DNA of 64,000 bases from a virus, in the IMG/VR virus record IMGVR_UViG_3300014720_000016; one strand, 5' to 3'. The notes under the pieces are model-generated. The model saw nothing but the letters and a program-made list of their open reading frames with translations. It was not told the DNA's origin and did no database searches. Below, piece after piece: positions 60,997 through 64,000 of the stretch (its first letter is position 1; the number at the start of each line of letters is the position of its first letter). The translations under genes were made by a program, and so were the position numbers.

Positions 60997-61518
60997 TCAG
61001 AGAATGGACATTTCGTTGGAAGCTGGGGTATAAGAACCACGAACACGGAGCCAGTTCTCCATGCCAGCAAGATCATGAAAGAAAAAACGCTTGTCGCAAA
61101 CAATGGTATGGTATGGGGCTACTGTGTGATCGACAACACTAGGAACACGCAGCATCAGGTTCATGACATTGAGCAGAGCGCCATAGCCACACTCCTGCTT
61201 CTGACCCTTCTTGACAAGCGGGTGTTCCTCGGGGGAATCAGTAGGCAGCAGTTGCAGTTGCAGCCCGTCGCCCTCTTTCAAGCGACCGTCAAAGAACTCG
61301 AACACTGTGCGGCAGATAACCGCCGGGTCGCGGACATCGGGCATACGGAAGTCAGGATTAGCAGCGGCAGTATCCCGCAGGTGGGAGACAACCGCTTCCG
61401 TCAGGGCATCAGCCAGGAGCAGGTAGACGCTAAACCACCTGCCATGAGCCTCGGCTTTTTCAGGAGCAATACCGGGCAAGCGGGCAAACGATGCGACAGC
61501 GTTATCATACAGGCTCAT
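60997..61518 (-). CDS. hypothetical protein
   Basis: GGAGG RBS. Confidence 0.75.
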   Translation of the reverse strand: MSLYDNAVASFARLPGIAPEKAEAHGRWFSVYLLLADALTEAVVSHLRDTAAANPDFRMPDVRDPAVICRTVFEFFDGRLKEGDGLQLQLLPTDSPEEHPLVKKGQKQECGYGALLNVMNLMLRVPSVVDHTVAPYHTIVCDKRFFFHDLAGMENWLRVRGSYTPASNEMSIL

Positions 61519-61530
61519 GGCAATACCTCC

Positions 61531-61836
61531 TCAGTTGCGGTCACGAAAAACCGAGAAACTTACCCAGAGAACGTCCTCAAACTCCTTGATTGAGAACAGG
61601 TGAATGCCACGGCCTCGCACTCCGGCATCCTCTTTCAGTTGGCAGACCGGCTGGATGCCAAACACTCGGCGTACATCATCCGGCTCTTGACCTGCAATGT
61701 ACCGGAAGAAAGCCGCGCCAAAGTTTGGATTGTTTCTAATCCAAGCCTCACGGGTGCTCTCAGCACGCATCCAGTTGCGAATATCAGCGATGGTGCCGGT
61801 ATGAGCCGGCTTCTCTGCAACAATCACGAGACTCAT
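61531..61836 (-). CDS. hypothetical protein
   Basis: GAGG RBS; 30 nt after degenerate motif. Confidence 0.7.
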   Translation of the reverse strand: MSLVIVAEKPAHTGTIADIRNWMRAESTREAWIRNNPNFGAAFFRYIAGQEPDDVRRVFGIQPVCQLKEDAGVRGRGIHLFSIKEFEDVLWVSFSVFRDRN

Positions 61837-61865
61837 GGTATCCCTCGTTCGGTGGTTGCGGTAGA

Positions 61866-61888
61866 GGAGCGGGGTGACCCGGCATTAG
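61866..61888 (-). promoter_or_regulatory. recurrent oriented motif (degenerate)
   Basis: GGAGC-GGGGTGAC-CCGGCATTAG. Confidence 0.5.
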
Positions 61889-61964
61889 GCCCACCCGGTA
61901 TAACAGAGCGCAACCCGCTCTGCTACGCACTCGCCGTGTGCGGCGAGCGGCGTTCTGCACTTCA

Positions 61965-61987
61965 GGATCGGGCCGCACCGGCTTTAG
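61965..61987 (-). promoter_or_regulatory. recurrent oriented motif
   Basis: GGATC-GGGCCGCA-CCGGCTTTAG. Confidence 0.7.
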
Positions 61988-62270
61988 GCCCGACCCCGTC
62001 TGTCAGAATACCGCTTGTCACTAACAGCAATCAACAAACTTCTACCAGCTAAAGCAACAGAGTGCTGGCACATATCCCGCAGACAGCAAGCAGGTATGTA
62101 GTATATACCCGTACATACAGGTATATACCCGTAAAGAAAAGAAACTCTCTCCCTAGCGGTGTCGGGCGGTTTCACCTATATCCTTTCCGAAACTACCACC
62201 AGACAGAAAACTTTTGCAAAAAAACACGTCTAGCGATTATGTCAACCGGCATCTGGAGGGAAGGGAAAGG

Positions 62271-62565
62271 GGATCGTTTTCTACCGGCTTTAGGATCGCA
62301 ATAGTCAGAAAAAAAAGAAAACTGCTACAGGATCAGTTCCCACCGGCTTTAGTGCCAATAAGAAAATAAAGACACACCTATCCCGTCCCCGGTTGTCCCG
62401 TTGACACGCACGCAGGAGGATCGGTTTCCACCGGCTTTAGGCCAGATCCCGTTTGTCATGTACCAGCAAAGAGCAACCGCTAGGGGATCACAGGACACCG
62501 GCTTTAGGCCCAATGCCAGCTACCAGCAAGCCAACCCGATAAGGATCAACCCGCACCGGCTTTAG
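62271..62565 (-). repeat. cluster of five direct copies of the GGATC-N8-CCGGCTTTAG motif
   Basis: Copies start at 62271, 62330, 62418, 62485 and 62543 in A-rich non-coding DNA. Confidence 0.9.
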
Positions 62566-62739
62566 GCCAGATCCCGTCTGTCAGAATACAACTAGGAGAG
62601 ACAGCTACCAGGCAAAAAAAAGACAATAGTGCACCCGCCCCCGGTCGTCCCGTTGGCAAAAAAATGCAGGTTATTACCACTAGGGGCTTTCCCCTAGCAG
62701 GGGAAGGGAGCCGGGTTGCCCCGGCCCCCTCCCATCCGG

Positions 62740-63165
62740 TCACTTGACCTTGGCAACAACCGCTGCAAGGCGGTCGGCAAGGCGAAGCACCTCGGCACGG
62801 CTGGCTTCGGTACCAGCGGTACCTACCCCGTCAATCTTGACGGAGAGGCGGTCTGCGTTCTCACGCAGGAACTCAACACCCTTGTCAGTCAGGATGAGGT
62901 CCAGCGTCATCCCCACAAAGTGCGGGGCGTAGAGGGTGGTTGGGAAGCGGGCACTGGTCCCGTAGATGCTAATGCACCCCTTCTCTGAAACCTTGGCTGA
63001 GTACCCTCGTACCCCGCCAGCCTTGGCCTTCTCAGCGGCATCGGCTCGCGCCTTCTCCGCTGCCAGTGCGGCCTGAGCCGCCTGCAACTGGGCAAGCAGG
63101 GCAGCCACATCCGGGCTGGTGGCAGTGTTATTGGCGACGGGCGTTCCGACCTTGATGAGCGTCAT
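62740..63165 (-). CDS. KVSEKG..FP.TLY family protein (paralogue of 49741-50157)
   Basis: MTLIKV start after GGAG; GYSAKVSEKGCISIYG..FPTTLYAPHFVG. Confidence 0.8.
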   Translation of the reverse strand: MTLIKVGTPVANNTATSPDVAALLAQLQAAQAALAAEKARADAAEKAKAGGVRGYSAKVSEKGCISIYGTSARFPTTLYAPHFVGMTLDLILTDKGVEFLRENADRLSVKIDGVGTAGTEASRAEVLRLADRLAAVVAKVK

Positions 63166-63266
63166 GGTGCTCTCCCTTGTATTCAGGCTCCACAGGCTAC
63201 CCGACCACCGGGCACCCCGCTTCACCTTTGCGACCCCATGTGTGGGGGCCGCCGTTCTGCTCAAGA

Positions 63267-63835
63267 GGATCGGGCCGCACCGGCTTTAGGCCCGACCCCG
63301 ACTGTCAGGAAACAATCGACAAAATATCATATGCAAACCTGCAAACCTGTCAGGTGCCAGATGCCATCCCCTAAGAAAACCCAAAGGGGATCAATCAGCA
63401 CCGGCTTTAGTGTCAGTAAAAAAATAACAAGTTATCACATGCCAAACCCTAGCAGGATCACATACCACCGGCTTTAGTACCAAGTGACAGCGACAATAGT
63501 AGCCCCGCCCCCGGTTGTCCCGTTGGCATAATCAAAAAAAGATAACAGCCACACCATGTAGGTGCTGGTAGTATAACAGGCTATAGCCTGCCGCATAGGT
63601 TTATAAGTATGCCTCTACCCGTAGGGAGACAGATCGCGCACACATGAGGATCGTTTTCCACCGGCTTTAGTCCCGGTCACAATATCAGAAAAACTTGCAA
63701 ACCCTAGCATGTCTAGTCAAATGATTATGGTTCTCAACCTCACTATCCTTTCCTAGCTAATAGCAGATACACCCCTCCCGCCCCCGTTTGTCACGTTGGC
63801 ACGCACGCATGAGGATCGTTCGCAACCGGCTTTAG
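63267..63835 (-). repeat. cluster of five direct copies of the motif
   Basis: Copies start at 63267, 63388, 63455, 63648 and 63813. Confidence 0.9.
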
Positions 63836-63847
63836 GCCCGGCAGCCG

Positions 63848-63875
63848 TACCATATGTGACAGGCCGCATATGGTA
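63848..63875. repeat. inverted repeat at the motif orientation switch
   Basis: TACCATATG-N10-CATATGGTA. Confidence 0.85.
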
Positions 63876-63899
63876 TGCCACTGTCAGACCGGGTCGGCA

Positions 63900-63922
63900 C
63901 TAAAGCCGGTCGTTCCTGATCC
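63900..63922 (+). promoter_or_regulatory. recurrent motif in the opposite orientation
   Basis: CTAAAGCCGG-TCGTTCCT-GATCC, the only inverted copy seen. Confidence 0.75.
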
Positions 63923-64000
63923 TACAAAGAAAAATGGCCTGTATGTCAGAAAAAAAGACAATAGTACGCCCGCCCCCGCTTGTCGCGTTGGCCACACACA

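Larger units (their letters stand above)
62382..63993 (+). repeat. second dispersed repeat CCCGCCCCCGGTTGTCCCGTTGGCA (5 copies)
   Basis: Copies at about 62382, 62634, 63504, 63777 and 63969. Confidence 0.85.

Noticed and set aside
62271-63835. CRISPR array
   Set aside because: The repeats have a variable 8-nt interior, spacing is irregular (58-88 nt, then more than 100 nt), the same motif occurs singly before genes, and no cas genes are present.
6187-63922. Sigma-28 (FliA/SigD) promoter identity for the motif
   Set aside because: CTAAA and CCGAT resemble the sigma-28 boxes, but they are 11 nt apart rather than about 16, and the near-invariant internal CCGG is unexplained.
1-64000. Genome-wide TAG reassignment (alternative genetic code)
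   Set aside because: Many genes, including the RNA ligase, SpoU and IscA, end at TAG at the expected family C-terminus, and coding density is already high under code 11. Only one in-frame TAG was found.

Overview
This window is best read as part of a large (jumbo-type) tailed-phage genome. It holds roughly 150 short, densely packed genes, almost all on the minus strand, and no recognisable core replication or virion genes, so it looks like an accessory/early region. Four repeated signals organise it. (1) About 46 paralogues of one small (70-115 aa) protein family share a constant N-terminal helical segment (MKLxx[WYF]x[IM]xxAxxxxD[WY]xxAxxxLxxHFG) followed by a highly variable C-terminus. About 70 genes in total, from several unrelated families, start with [MVL]K[LI]. 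(2) A strictly oriented 23-bp DNA element (plus strand GGATC-N8-CCGGSTTTAG, extendable to a 32-bp imperfect dyad) occurs in about 31 copies. Most lie just upstream of minus-strand gene starts, ten are packed into a largely non-coding 62.2-63.8 kb region, and the orientation flips at about 63.86 kb across a palindrome. (3) An 'IANELDxxGxxxxADxLD' N-terminal leader sits on four otherwise unrelated proteins. (4) Three CCA-encoding tRNA or tRNA-like genes are all non-canonical: a D-armless UCU RNA, tRNA-Ile(UAU) and tRNA-Ala(UGC). Recognisable enzymes are an M15 peptidase, a DRB0094/Rnl5-type RNA ligase, a SpoU methyltransferase, a cyclic-phosphate receiver-domain protein, IscA/HesB, a frameshifted deaminase, an M16 peptidase, a vWA/metallopeptidase plus MoxR-like AAA+ pair, a four-gene plus-strand glycosyltransferase island, an ATP-grasp protein, a HAD phosphatase, a metallophosphoesterase and a zinc-ribbon/PD-(D/E)XK endonuclease. 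All calls were made by eye from motifs; no database searches were run, and the host is not determined.
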